A stretch of DNA of 64,000 nt from Candidatus Woesearchaeota archaeon (GCA_016184345.1 JACPCV010000003.1:110094-174093), one strand, 5' to 3'. Positions 27,872-37,697 are shown, numbered from the stretch's first letter. The notes: a model not told the origin generated them from the letters alone. Program-made: numbers and translations.

Positions 27872-27968
27872 TATGCGAGGGGTGGCTCTTTTTCGTTTAA
27901 ATAACTTCTTAGCAAATGTATTTATAGGAGAGGAACTAGATTTTCGGAATGATACGTTCCTCTCCTAT

Positions 27969-28334
27969 ATGCATCGGAGCGACTATTCGTATCCGATTAT
28001 TAAGCTCCGATGCTATAACTCAGAAACTGCCGTAATTGTTGAAGGCAAGAAGGACAAGTCTGCGCTTGAGAATCTTGGTGTTGGCAGCAGCTGCATAATT
28101 GTCCTTAACAAGAAGCCGCTTTTTGCAGTTGCCGAGCAACTGGCAGCCAATTACAAATCAGCTGTTATCCTTACTGACCTTGACGCAGAAGGCAAAAAAC
28201 TGTATGGAAAGATGAACACCCTCCTGCAGCAGCTCGGAGTAAAAATTGACAATAGGCTGAGGAATTTCCTTTTCAAAAGCACAAGATTAAGGCAGATCGA
28301 AGGGATCGGTCGTTTGCTTAATGAGTCGGCTTAG
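27969..28334 (+). CDS. Small Toprim-domain protein
   Basis: VIVEGKKD and LTDLDAEG motifs; start uncertain. Confidence 0.88.
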   Translation: MHRSDYSYPIIKLRCYNSETAVIVEGKKDKSALENLGVGSSCIIVLNKKPLFAVAEQLAANYKSAVILTDLDAEGKKLYGKMNTLLQQLGVKIDNRLRNFLFKSTRLRQIEGIGRLLNESA

Positions 28335-28500
28335 AATGTTTTGCGTGGTTAATGCTGCATTCAATGCAGTATCTGATGTCAGTTCTCTCTTCACTGTAAA
28401 TGACCCAGCTTAGCCATGCCTTGCAGTTATCGCAGAAAGCCCTCTTATTGTGAACCCTTATTAATGTGAGCAGCGAGCCGCATTTGTCGCATTTTAGCAT
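28318..28500 (-). CDS. Small Cys-rich (Zn-finger) protein, 60 aa
   Basis: Three CxxC pairs; paralog of 28589..28702. Confidence 0.65.
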   Translation of the reverse strand: MLKCDKCGSLLTLIRVHNKRAFCDNCKAWLSWVIYSEERTDIRYCIECSINHAKHSKPTH

Positions 28501-28588
28501 TTTCCCCTCTTTTTAACAGTACTGACGCTTTTCTCGTCTTAAGGCTTCTGATTTGGAATTTTAGAAATGGTAGAAACAACTGCCTGGC

Positions 28589-28702
28589 TCATTTAACAAG
28601 CACAGCCCACGCCAGCCAGGACTTGCATGTGTCGCAGTACGCTTTGTTCTTATGGACTCTCACCAGCGTAAGGAGGCTGTTACATTTGTCGCATTTCAAC
28701 AT
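28589..28702 (-). CDS. Small Zn-ribbon protein, 37 aa (MLKCDKCNSLLTLVRVHKNKAYCDTCKSWLAWAVLVK)
   Basis: Manual translation; clear paralog of the adjacent 60-aa ORF; upstream TATA (TTTAAA). Confidence 0.65.
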   Translation of the reverse strand: MLKCDKCNSLLTLVRVHKNKAYCDTCKSWLAWAVLVK

Positions 28703-28784
28703 TTACGGATTTGTGCGACAAGCAGCATGTTTAAATCGTTATTGTAATTGTGGTGAATATTTCCTGAGAACTATTTTCACCGGC

Positions 28785-29375
28785 TTACGCCGTTGCAGCT
28801 TCCATCTCTCTGATTCTTTCCCTGAGGACGTCAATGGTCCTCGTGTTGTCTTCCTGTGCAAGGAGTTGCCCGCATTCCTCGCACCTGAATCTCTGCTGCT
28901 CTGCCCTTGCAAAGTCAGCCCTTGTGCACGCAGCAGGGCATATGAAGAAGCAGTTGGCGTTGCTTGTTTCAGCATCCAGCCTTTCCCTGAACCTTTGGAG
29001 CTTTTCCTGGTGCAGCTTTGCAAAAAGCTCCTCCACCATTGCCTTGTTGAATGTCCAGTAGCTTACGTAAATCCCTTTCTTGTTGTCCTTTACCCGCTTG
29101 TAGTCTGCAAGGTTGCTGCTGTGCAGCTTGTAAAGCAGGTTTCTCACATGTTGTATGTCAAGCCTGGCGCTTTTTACTATCCTGAATTCAGAGACATTCC
29201 TTCCGCTGGTCATTATCTTGATGAGTTTGATTGCGTCCTCGCCTGCCGCTGCCCTTATTACTTCTGCCATTTTGGCATTAAGGGGCTTCACAAGCCGTGA
29301 TTTGGAGCTTCCGGCTGGCCTGGCAGAACTTTGCCTGTAGCCATTCCCCTGCCTGTTCCTTGTTCCTATCTTCAT
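28785..29375 (-). CDS. tfe: Transcription factor E alpha-like protein
   Basis: Winged helix (VSEF..VRNLLYKL..YW) plus Zn ribbon (FICP..C..FRCEECG); start uncertain. Confidence 0.82.
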   Translation of the reverse strand: MKIGTRNRQGNGYRQSSARPAGSSKSRLVKPLNAKMAEVIRAAAGEDAIKLIKIMTSGRNVSEFRIVKSARLDIQHVRNLLYKLHSSNLADYKRVKDNKKGIYVSYWTFNKAMVEELFAKLHQEKLQRFRERLDAETSNANCFFICPAACTRADFARAEQQRFRCEECGQLLAQEDNTRTIDVLRERIREMEAATA

Positions 29376-29595
29376 ACCCCAATCAACCCTGTTTTTCCCT
29401 TTTGAAGAAATTTGTATATATACTTTACTTATTCTTGAAAACATACTTTCCATTAGCACGTTTGTAGCAGCTACAACTACCCCTTCTTATGTTCGTATAA
29501 CCTGCTCAAAAGGTCTTGTCATTCTTTCTCTGTTCACCACCTGCCTGCCGCTTGAGGCACATGCTCAAAGGTTAAGAAATCTGAAATTTTAAGTT

Positions 29596-30189
29596 CTAGT
29601 TAATGGCTCCTCCGGAAATTAAAGTGAGCTTCTTTGATGTTTCATAATCCTTCGGCACGACGTATTCCGGCATGTACTTCTCGCTTACCGGAAACCCTGC
29701 TTCGTAGTATGCCATTGCCACCATGTTGGAGCAGGCTACGGTGCCAGCACTGCACTTGTGGCCTGGCTTGCACACTAGGCTTTTGTTGCCTTCTTCTCGC
29801 CACAACTCCAGCGTCCTTCCGATTACGATTTTGGCGTATTGCAGCCACGAGAACTTTTTGCCTAGGAAGAGCTTCAGCGCTTCGTTGACTATTCTCTTTC
29901 TTTGAGCTTTGGTGAGCCTCTTGTTCCTTAAGACCTTGTAGGCAAAGTATTCTTTTTCTGTCAGGTCATACATGAGGTCGCATATGTGGCAGCCTTTTCT
30001 CGGCGTTACTTCTATTGTCCTCCCCTGGCCCATGTACATCATGACATGGTGCCACTTGCTCCTTTGCAGCATCCTGTTAATGCCGTGCAGCAGACCTTTC
30101 TCGCTTACAAGGATGATGTCCGCTTCCCTGAGTTTTTTAATCAGGCTGTTGGCATCCTTAAGTCGTTTCAATTCTGGTCTGGTCTGCAT
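29596..30189 (-). CDS. YiiX/YebB-like permuted NlpC/P60 papain-like hydrolase
   Basis: ADIILV, WHH and CSNMVAMAY motifs. Confidence 0.8.
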   Translation of the reverse strand: MQTRPELKRLKDANSLIKKLREADIILVSEKGLLHGINRMLQRSKWHHVMMYMGQGRTIEVTPRKGCHICDLMYDLTEKEYFAYKVLRNKRLTKAQRKRIVNEALKLFLGKKFSWLQYAKIVIGRTLELWREEGNKSLVCKPGHKCSAGTVACSNMVAMAYYEAGFPVSEKYMPEYVVPKDYETSKKLTLISGGAIN

Positions 30190-30201
30190 TTTCCCTCAGC
30201 A

Positions 30202-30768
30202 TCACTTAGGCTTTCCTTCAAGCACCACGCAAAAATTTCCGTTTTCTTCCAGTTTGTCGTAATCCCTTGGCATTACATAATCGTGCGCCCACCTTTCACT
30301 TATGCTGCGACCTGCAGCTCGGTAAGTCATGGCAGCAAGGTTTGAGCATATAAGGCAGTTGGCTTTTTTCCTGTAGTCTGGCTTGCTTGAGTTGCTCCTG
30401 TTGCCTTTCAGCTCCACCAGCCTTCTGAAGAAGACCTTTGTTAGCTGCCGCCAACTGAACTTCTGGCCGAGAAACAGCTTAACCGCTGTTGCCACTATTC
30501 TCTTTTTTTCAGTACCTGAGATTTTTTTGTGCCTCAGCGCCCTGTATTCTATGTAGCAATCCCTGGTCAGGTCAAGCTTTGAGATGTGGCAGCCTTTTCT
30601 CGGCGTTACCTCCACAACCTTGCCTTTTCCTATGTAGAGCATTATGTGGTGCCACTTGCTCCTTCCCAGCATCCTGTTTATGCTGTGCTTAAGCCCCTTT
30701 TCGCTTACAAGCAGGATATCGGCTGGAAGCAGTTTCTTAATGATGCCATTCATATCCAACTTTCTCAC
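30202..30768 (-). CDS. YiiX/YebB-like permuted NlpC/P60 hydrolase, tandem paralog
   Basis: ADILLV, WHH and CSNLAAMTY motifs; obviously similar to its neighbour. Confidence 0.8.
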   Translation of the reverse strand: MRKLDMNGIIKKLLPADILLVSEKGLKHSINRMLGRSKWHHIMLYIGKGKVVEVTPRKGCHISKLDLTRDCYIEYRALRHKKISGTEKKRIVATAVKLFLGQKFSWRQLTKVFFRRLVELKGNRSNSSKPDYRKKANCLICSNLAAMTYRAAGRSISERWAHDYVMPRDYDKLEENGNFCVVLEGKPK

Positions 30769-30776
30769 CGCTTTTT

Positions 30777-31454
30777 CTACCTATACTCAGAATCAATTAC
30801 CTTTTTTATTTCTGCCGCTTTTTTCGGCCCTATGAGCTCAACCTTTTGCAGCTGCTCTTCTGTTGCGTTCATTATCTCACTCACCGACCCAAACTTCCCC
30901 AGAAGTGCCCTGGCAAGCTTTACCTCAACTCCCGGCAGCGAGGCAATTACGTACTCCTGCTTTTCTGCCAGCGTTTCCGGCTTTTTTGTGTGCAGCGCCG
31001 GCTCTGGCACGTTATTTTCCTTTTCCCTTCTCGCAATCGCAATGAGGATGCCTGCCGTATCCTTTGGGTTTTTTGAATAAAGCAGAGGCATACCATAGCT
31101 CACTGCTATTGTTGCGAGCATTCCCCTTATCGCATTCGGATGCACGTTCCTTACGGAATACAGGTCCTGCTCGCCTACCCCTTCAATTATGATTACCGGC
31201 CTCTCAAAGCTTTCCCTAAGCTCTTTCAGCTGCCGCAGCAGCCTTCCGTCTATTATTGAGCCTACAAAATCTGGTGCCCTCTTCACTTCAACAGCTACCC
31301 TGCTGCTGCAGAGGAAATCGCCGGTTGGCAGCGCCTTCAGCTCTATCAGGGCCCCCTCGTCATAAAGAGCGGTCACAACACCAGAGTATTTCTCCCTGAC
31401 ATCTGCGATTACCTTCAGCTTTTGCTCCACAGCGCCTTTTTTTCTTGCAACCAT
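30777..31454 (-). CDS. ERCC4/XPF nuclease with HhH domains (Hef C-terminal half)
   Basis: ADVRE, GDF, VEVK..DFVGSIIDGRL and HhH motifs. Confidence 0.9.
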   Translation of the reverse strand: MVARKKGAVEQKLKVIADVREKYSGVVTALYDEGALIELKALPTGDFLCSSRVAVEVKRAPDFVGSIIDGRLLRQLKELRESFERPVIIIEGVGEQDLYSVRNVHPNAIRGMLATIAVSYGMPLLYSKNPKDTAGILIAIARREKENNVPEPALHTKKPETLAEKQEYVIASLPGVEVKLARALLGKFGSVSEIMNATEEQLQKVELIGPKKAAEIKKVIDSEYR

Positions 31455-31563
31455 TTTAACCTTTTCGCGCCTTTTCCCGCAACAATTTCCTGTTTCACGG
31501 ATTTATCCCTGCTTTTACCAGATTTATCCCGGAAATTCGACAAAAACCCGCAACCGTTGCGCT

Positions 31564-33114
31564 TTATCCGAAATCTTTCATTTCCCTTTGCCCAAGTGGC
31601 GCAAGCTTTAGCTTGCTTTTGAGAGTTTTCAGTATGCTGTGCATCCTTTTCTCCTTGTGGTGTGCTACCCACCTGAAGGCCTCGTCCCGTGTGTCCCTCG
31701 TTACCAGTATGATGACCTTTCCTTTTTCCTGCCTTCCTGTCCTTCCCCTCCTTTGTATTTGCCTTATCGCTGATGGTATTGGCTCGTAAAACACCACCAA
31801 GTCAACTTTTGGTATGTCCAGCCCCTCTTCTCCAATGGAAGTTGCAATTATGACATTGAACTCCCCGGCTGAAAACCTCTCGAGAAGCTCTTTCTGCTGC
31901 TTTTGCGACAGTCCTGTCTCGCCCTTCTTCATCTGGCCGACAAATATGCTCGCCCTTACCCCTTCAACCCTGTTGAGCTCGTTCTGGAGCTTCAGGGCTG
32001 AATCCCTGTATTGGTTGAACACGATGGCTTTTGCCCCATTGACACTGGCAATGTTTTCACTTATTATCCTTTTCAGCTCGTCAAGCTTGGGGTGCTCAAC
32101 ATTCCTTTCGTAAAGCTGCCTTGTCTTTTCAAGCGCTGCCAGGAAGCTGTTGTCTGTGAAGAGCCTTTTCACGGCCTTGGTCTTGGCAGCCTTCGCGTCT
32201 TCCTCAAGCCGCTCGTTGTACTTGTGAAGTGCGGTTATTCCCTGTGTTTCCAGCAGCTCAAGCCCATGACTCACCTTCATCGCCTCTGCAAGGGATGATA
32301 TGGCTTTCATGAGCTGGAAGTTTTTGTAATCGCCTGCAAGCTCTGAGCGCAGGGAAGCCTGAAGCAGGAGCAGGTCTTTTTTTGACACGCCAAAAATTCC
32401 TTTCAGGTAGCCCATCTTCTTTACATCTTCCAGCTTTGACCTGAAGGAAGCTTCCAGAAGCTTCTTTACCTCGGCAAGCTCAGGAGGCAGGTCAACCTTT
32501 ACCCAGTCTATGTCTACCTCCTGCATGTATGGCTGCACGTCAGGGTCGCCCTCTGTTCTCACTTCAATGTCTTCAATAAACAGGTTATTGCACACCTCTG
32601 TTATCTTTTCCATGTCGCTGCCTGGCGATGCTGTCAGTGCCAGTATCCTTGGGAACCTTGCTGTCTTCATGTACTGCTTCGCTATCCACACATAGCTGTA
32701 GTCCTTTACCGCCCTGTGGGCTTCGTCAAATCCGAGCAGAGTTACATTATCAAAGCCTATTTTCCCAGCCAGCAGGTCATTCTCGAGCCCCTGCGGGGTG
32801 CTAAAAATAACAGTTGCCTTTTCCCACATCTGCTTTCTTTTCTCGGCAGTCACCATACCAGTCATTACAGCCATTTTTTCCTCAGCAATCTCAAAATGCT
32901 TCCTGAAAACCTCGTGGTACTGGTCAATGAGCGGCCTTGTCGGCCCTATAAGGAGTATCTTGCTGTCCGGGTAAGTCTTCAGCCTGTGGGCTGCCAGCAT
33001 CAGGAATATGTTTGTTTTCCCGAGCCCTGTCGGCAGGACAACGAGGGTGTTTTTGGCCGTGGCTGTGGCTAATATCGTCTCCTGGTAAAGCCTCGGCGTG
33101 AACCCTTTTATCAT
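31564..33114 (-). CDS. Hef/FANCM-like SF2 helicase (Hef N-terminal half)
   Basis: LPTGLGKT, DEAH, TASPG, EEGLDIP and QRRGRTGR motifs. Confidence 0.93.
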   Translation of the reverse strand: MIKGFTPRLYQETILATATAKNTLVVLPTGLGKTNIFLMLAAHRLKTYPDSKILLIGPTRPLIDQYHEVFRKHFEIAEEKMAVMTGMVTAEKRKQMWEKATVIFSTPQGLENDLLAGKIGFDNVTLLGFDEAHRAVKDYSYVWIAKQYMKTARFPRILALTASPGSDMEKITEVCNNLFIEDIEVRTEGDPDVQPYMQEVDIDWVKVDLPPELAEVKKLLEASFRSKLEDVKKMGYLKGIFGVSKKDLLLLQASLRSELAGDYKNFQLMKAISSLAEAMKVSHGLELLETQGITALHKYNERLEEDAKAAKTKAVKRLFTDNSFLAALEKTRQLYERNVEHPKLDELKRIISENIASVNGAKAIVFNQYRDSALKLQNELNRVEGVRASIFVGQMKKGETGLSQKQQKELLERFSAGEFNVIIATSIGEEGLDIPKVDLVVFYEPIPSAIRQIQRRGRTGRQEKGKVIILVTRDTRDEAFRWVAHHKEKRMHSILKTLKSKLKLAPLGQREMKDFG

Positions 33115-33146
33115 TTAGCCTGGCGTTCTGTTCTGGGGTTAAAAAT

Positions 33147-33482
33147 TTATGCCAAGAAGTCCAGCGCCTTGTGCGCCCTGTAGCTCAGGAAAGCGGCAAC
33201 TGCAAATATTGCTGCTATGATAATTCCCGCCCCAATCCTGTGCCCCAGAAGGAAGCCTATGAGAAAGGCAGCACCTATGCCATAGTACGGCAAAGGGTCA
33301 TTCTCCCTTCTCAGGTAAACGAGCCTTCCCGTTATGAGCCCTGCTGCGGCGATTATCAGGTACATGACTGCAAGGTCAACCAGGAGCTTCCCAAGGACAA
33401 AGCCAATGGTGAACAAGGCAAAAAACGATATCTCTACCCAGCTTTCAAAAAATACGAGTCCTTCCTTACTCAAGCCCTTCAT
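33147..33482 (-). CDS. Small integral membrane protein
   Basis: Hydrophobic segments; coupled to the upstream gene by an ATGA overlap. Confidence 0.7.
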   Translation of the reverse strand: MKGLSKEGLVFFESWVEISFFALFTIGFVLGKLLVDLAVMYLIIAAAGLITGRLVYLRRENDPLPYYGIGAAFLIGFLLGHRIGAGIIIAAIFAVAAFLSYRAHKALDFLA

Positions 33483-34243
33483 TTCAGGTCTGATCCCATC
33501 TTCGGCTCCACATAGCTGCCGAATACGAATGCAGTCATCACCCCTATCACTAGCGAGGCGACTACTGCGAGCCAGGCGTCCAGCCAGGGAACTAGCAGGA
33601 GCAGGCCGCAGCTTATCACACCGCCAAGAACTACAGGGTAAAACGTCTTGCTGGCCCACATTATGTTTGCCCCGTCCAATGGCGGTATTGGCAGTGCGTT
33701 TGTTATTGCGAAAAGCACGTTTACCAGCACGAGCTTTTCTGAAATGGCTTGAGGTATGAACCCCATGCTTTTTATTGCAGCAGCGAGGAACAGGTTGGTA
33801 AGCACCCCTGCCAGGGAGACCTTCCCGAGGTCAAAGTGGCCAAGCTGGTACCTGAAGTAGCCAAGCCTGTGCTTCTCCATGATGTTCAGGAACACTCCGC
33901 TGTAAGCCAGGAAAATCACCTTGCCGTAGGTCATGAACGCAAGTATTACCCCCGCCAGCAGGCCGTATATGAAAGGCTTAAATTCCGTTTTATACCCCAT
34001 GTTGAGCCCGAAAATCCTGTGGGCTGACTCGTGCGCAAAAACAGCTATTGCAACGGCAAAAATGCTCAGGGAAAAGTTTGACAGGAAAGCGCTGAGGACA
34101 AACTCCTGCCCCTCAAACCTGAAGCCAACTATGAAGGCCATGACGAGAACTGACACCAGCAGCCAGATTGCCTCGTTTCTGGTGAACCTGTAGTACCTCT
34201 TTATCCTGTCGTACCAGTCATAAGCGCTGTAAAGTGACGGCAT
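33479..34243 (-). CDS. Site-2 protease (M50)-like membrane protein
   Basis: HESAH and NALPIPPLDG motifs. Confidence 0.85.
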   Translation of the reverse strand: MPSLYSAYDWYDRIKRYYRFTRNEAIWLLVSVLVMAFIVGFRFEGQEFVLSAFLSNFSLSIFAVAIAVFAHESAHRIFGLNMGYKTEFKPFIYGLLAGVILAFMTYGKVIFLAYSGVFLNIMEKHRLGYFRYQLGHFDLGKVSLAGVLTNLFLAAAIKSMGFIPQAISEKLVLVNVLFAITNALPIPPLDGANIMWASKTFYPVVLGGVISCGLLLLVPWLDAWLAVVASLVIGVMTAFVFGSYVEPKMGSDLK

Positions 34244-34373
34244 TTTCCCTCAGTAAACCCTCTTTTTAATCACCCCTCCTGCGTTGCCATGTTTTTAAAT
34301 GCTTCGCTTGCTCACCTGCGTTGAATATTATGGCAAAATATTTAAATAACTTCCAATTCCTACTTTTTTTAAC

Positions 34374-34955
34374 ATGTCGCGCATGCCCCGTCATTATGAG
34401 AGCTGTCCTCCAAGATTGTGGGGTTCAAGTCCTCTGGCCAACCTCAGCCACAGGTCATCGGATTATGGTATTTCTGGATCTGAAATCAAGTCTGCGCCAC
34501 AAGTGCCACAGCCGAATATTACCTTTATATCTGCCGAGGGGGTAAGGGTCCCTTTTAACACTAAAGACGACTATCCAGAAATATACAAAATAATATACGA
34601 AATCCGCCCCTCGGCTTCTGACGTCATTGACCCTGAGGATTGGAATTTCTCAGATAGCTACAATAGCTACCTTCCAGAGCCGGACTCTGTTGACAAAGTC
34701 GTTCGCGGTGAGTTTCATACCAGATATCTCAAGCCGGCTGACCACCATTTCGGCGGCTACCACCCAGGCAAAAACGCAAGGCAAAGCCCATCTGTCAGGT
34801 ATGTGAGTGGTAGTATTGATAAGGCCTCAAAGTTGTTTGGGCTTCCTGTTGCTGAATTGGTTTCTGCAGTTCTATGCCTTAAAGAGGTGGAAGAGCAAAA
34901 TGCTCACGCAGCTTGGTTGGAGACTGTAGCCGCAGGCAACGGCCACTATAAGTAA
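34374..34955 (+). CDS. Hypothetical protein
   Basis: 193-aa ORF with an upstream TATA; no motif recognised. Confidence 0.6.
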   Translation: MSRMPRHYESCPPRLWGSSPLANLSHRSSDYGISGSEIKSAPQVPQPNITFISAEGVRVPFNTKDDYPEIYKIIYEIRPSASDVIDPEDWNFSDSYNSYLPEPDSVDKVVRGEFHTRYLKPADHHFGGYHPGKNARQSPSVRYVSGSIDKASKLFGLPVAELVSAVLCLKEVEEQNAHAAWLETVAAGNGHYK

Positions 34956-35614
34956 GCCTTGGCAAGCCTCACAATCTCTCCCTCGTGCCCCGCCCCGACA
35001 ACTGCAACTATCCTGCTTTCCGGCTCCAGCTTCATAATCCTTGCCAGCATTTTTGCCATGTGCTCGTTCCTGTCTGACACCAGCGCCTTGTAGAGCCCAG
35101 GGTATCTTTCCTTGAGCTTTTTCATTGCCATTTCAACAAATCTGCTGCTTGGTGTTTTCGTCAGGTCAAATTGTATTTTCTCGGTTTCAATGCCGGTAAA
35201 GCCTAAAATCAAGTCCCTCACAAGCTTTAGCTTTTCCCGGATGCTTATCCTTGACAGGTTGCTCATTGTTATGCTGAGCGGCTGGTCTATGAGTGCAATC
35301 CTTATCTTGTTCTCCTGTGCAATCTGCACTGCTGTTTTCATCTCCTGCCCTGGCACAGCCCCTATAAGCTTCCCAAGCCTTCGTTGCAGGAAGCTGGCTA
35401 TTGCAAAGAAGACAAACCCGGTAAGGCCCATGACCTTTATCATTGCAGGACTGAACCTCGGCTTTTCCTCTGAAAGGAGCGCGTGAAGCCGTGCGTGGTC
35501 AAGCTCCACAGCCACTACTTCCGGCTTTTCGGAAAGTATTGCCTCCCTTACCCTGCTTATGCTGTCTTCAGCAATGTGCGATGTCCCTATTACTGTTAAA
35601 TTGCCGTATCTCAT
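34946..35614 (-). CDS. TraB/PrgY family protein
   Basis: IGTSH, VAVEL, RNEHMA and VVGAGH motifs. Confidence 0.9.
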   Translation of the reverse strand: MRYGNLTVIGTSHIAEDSISRVREAILSEKPEVVAVELDHARLHALLSEEKPRFSPAMIKVMGLTGFVFFAIASFLQRRLGKLIGAVPGQEMKTAVQIAQENKIRIALIDQPLSITMSNLSRISIREKLKLVRDLILGFTGIETEKIQFDLTKTPSSRFVEMAMKKLKERYPGLYKALVSDRNEHMAKMLARIMKLEPESRIVAVVGAGHEGEIVRLAKAYL

Positions 35615-35713
35615 TTTTGTTTGATGCAGTGACGAATATCAAAAATGCCTATTCCAAAAAATTTATATATCGCCGCGGGAATGAATGATTAGGTTTTAGT
35701 TTAAAGTGTTTAT

Positions 35714-35744
35714 CGTTTTTGATTGACCTTTTCTTAAAAGGTCA
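35714..35744 (+). repeat. Family A hairpin element upstream of the PRC-barrel gene
   Basis: CGTTTTTGAT-TGACCTTTT-CTT-AAAAGGTCA. Confidence 0.85.
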
Positions 35745-35762
35745 TTTGGAAGGTGAAATGGC

Positions 35763-36038
35763 ATGCTGAGGACAAAAAGGATTACGGAATCTTATGACAT
35801 GAGGGTTTTTACCGACACCGGTGATTACTTTGGTGATATTGAGGAAGTTATCCTCACCCAGACCAAGATTATCGGCTGGAGGGTGAAGGCATCAAGGAAT
35901 TCTGTCCTGAGCAAGCTTCTTGGCAACGCGAAGGGAGTTGTCGTGCCTCACCAGCTGGTCAAGTCTGTTGGTGATGTTATGATAATCTCCAAGGCGGCAA
36001 TGCCCACTTACACCGGCGAAGAAGCGGCTAGCGTTTAG
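35763..36038 (+). CDS. PRC-barrel domain protein (CdpB-like)
   Basis: VFTDTG.YFG.IEE and VKSVGDVMII motifs. Confidence 0.85.
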   Translation: MLRTKRITESYDMRVFTDTGDYFGDIEEVILTQTKIIGWRVKASRNSVLSKLLGNAKGVVVPHQLVKSVGDVMIISKAAMPTYTGEEAASV

Positions 36039-37194
36039 TGTTAAGCTGCCTTTTTCCAGAAATTCTGATTTGTCCCTGTTCCTGTAAGCGTTTGCCGTTC
36101 ATATATGCGGTTGCCATAATTGTATAAATCTGCATTAGCGCTTTTGATTGCCACAGCATTATTCCTTCGTCTGCAACCCCGGGGCCTGTCACTCTTATTC
36201 TTCTGAATGCAACTTCAACCAGTTCTTCCACTCCTTCCGGAACAGCAGGTATCGGGTCGTCTAGCGCTATAAACGGGTATTGTTGGCTTACAAGCTTTGC
36301 GGCAGCATCAAGAACTAAAACCGAATGGTGGTCGAATTCGTTCTCGCTTCCTACCCTGTCTTGCTTTCCAAACACGCTCTTTATTTTGCGGCTGAATTTG
36401 TCATCAGAGAATACGTTGCGCATGCAGTCGTCTGACGTGAATATGTCGTAGCCCCTTCTTTTTGCCTTTTCATCAACATCTGTCTCAACATAGTAAACTG
36501 GGGCACCCGTGATGGTTATCTTGTGCGGGGCTTGTTCGCCAGAGAATGACGGCACGTTTTCCGCAACAATTCTTATTCCACCCTCCAATGCCTGTGATAG
36601 GTCTTCCCTTCCAAACTGAAGCCGTATGGTCATGTTTTTGCCAAAAGGTTCGTAACGTATCGTAAGCTGTTCCTCAAAGGCGGCCAGCATCTTCCTTCCT
36701 CTTAGCCAGTTGTACGGGTTGGTTACCTTGTAATGCGTGTTCGCGCTCACGCCTGCGAAGTCCAGCCCTACTGGCACATCGTCAATTCCTATTACTTGTT
36801 CCAGGGTGAACCCTCTAAGCTTGGCTTCCAGCGCCTCCCTGACACTTAAATTATCCTTTCCTTTTTCAGGGTGCCACCGCCTGGCAGGCAAAAGGTACCA
36901 CCTCTTGGGTAAGCTGAGGTCATCCATTGGCGGGAAGAATTGGTTCCTGACTATCATTACTGTTTGATGCTCTTCTGTTGACTCAAGGAAGGTGAATAAG
37001 CCAAGCCACCTCTGGCCATATGTCTGGGTAAAATCAACGTGCAGCGGCAGAAGGATTCTCTTTTGTATAAGCGCCCTGGTTATTCCAGGTTTGTCACGGT
37101 TATAAGTTCCTGCAGTTACATCCGCCCGCCTCAGTGCGTCCTCTAACCTCTCCTTCCACTGAGTCCCCCCTTCAATAAGCAATGAAACATCCAT
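36028..37194 (-). CDS. Hypothetical protein
   Basis: 388-aa ORF; no motif recognised. Confidence 0.75.
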   Translation of the reverse strand: MDVSLLIEGGTQWKERLEDALRRADVTAGTYNRDKPGITRALIQKRILLPLHVDFTQTYGQRWLGLFTFLESTEEHQTVMIVRNQFFPPMDDLSLPKRWYLLPARRWHPEKGKDNLSVREALEAKLRGFTLEQVIGIDDVPVGLDFAGVSANTHYKVTNPYNWLRGRKMLAAFEEQLTIRYEPFGKNMTIRLQFGREDLSQALEGGIRIVAENVPSFSGEQAPHKITITGAPVYYVETDVDEKAKRRGYDIFTSDDCMRNVFSDDKFSRKIKSVFGKQDRVGSENEFDHHSVLVLDAAAKLVSQQYPFIALDDPIPAVPEGVEELVEVAFRRIRVTGPGVADEGIMLWQSKALMQIYTIMATAYMNGKRLQEQGQIRISGKRQLNTKR

Positions 37195-37256
37195 AGCTCA
37201 TGGTAATGCTTTTTCTCATATAAACCTTTTTAAAACTCCAGAGCTTTACCGGCATT

Positions 37257-37568
37257 ATGGCAGCCGCAGCTGAACTCACAAAAGACGCTGTTTTAGGGCA
37301 GCTAAAGCAGGTTGAAGACCCCGAAATCCGCTATAACATAGTTGACCTTGGGCTTGTTTACGGTGTCAGGATAGACAGGGGCATGGTTGTTGTTGACATG
37401 ACGCTTACCTCGCCCTCATGCCCTGTAGGTCCCTGGATTGTTTCTGAGGCTGAGAATGTCGTGAAAAAGCTTAAGGGCGTTACAGGCGTCACCATCAACA
37501 TAGTCTGGGAGCCTCTCTGGACTCCGGAAAGGATGTCTGACGAGGCAAGGGTTGCGCTCGGCATCTAG
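37257..37568 (+). CDS. DUF59/SufT metal-sulfur cluster assembly factor
   Basis: DPEI..NIVDLGLVY, TLTSPSCP and WTPERMS motifs. Confidence 0.92.
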   Translation: MAAAAELTKDAVLGQLKQVEDPEIRYNIVDLGLVYGVRIDRGMVVVDMTLTSPSCPVGPWIVSEAENVVKKLKGVTGVTINIVWEPLWTPERMSDEARVALGI

Positions 37569-37612
37569 TGGCAGCAACAATTTTAAACCAGCAGTGCAAA
37601 CCTCTTCTTTAA

Positions 37613-37683
37613 ACGGCAGTGGTCTAACGGCATGATCCGACCTTCCCAAGGTTGTGATGCGGGTTCAATTCCCGCCTGCCGTA
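37613..37683 (+). tRNA. tRNA-Gly(CCC)
   Basis: Acceptor ACGGCAG/CTGCCGT, anticodon arm CGACC-TTCCCAA-GGTTG, T arm GCGGG-TTCAATT-CCCGC. Confidence 0.93.
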
Positions 37684-37697
37684 TTCAAAAAACTAAA

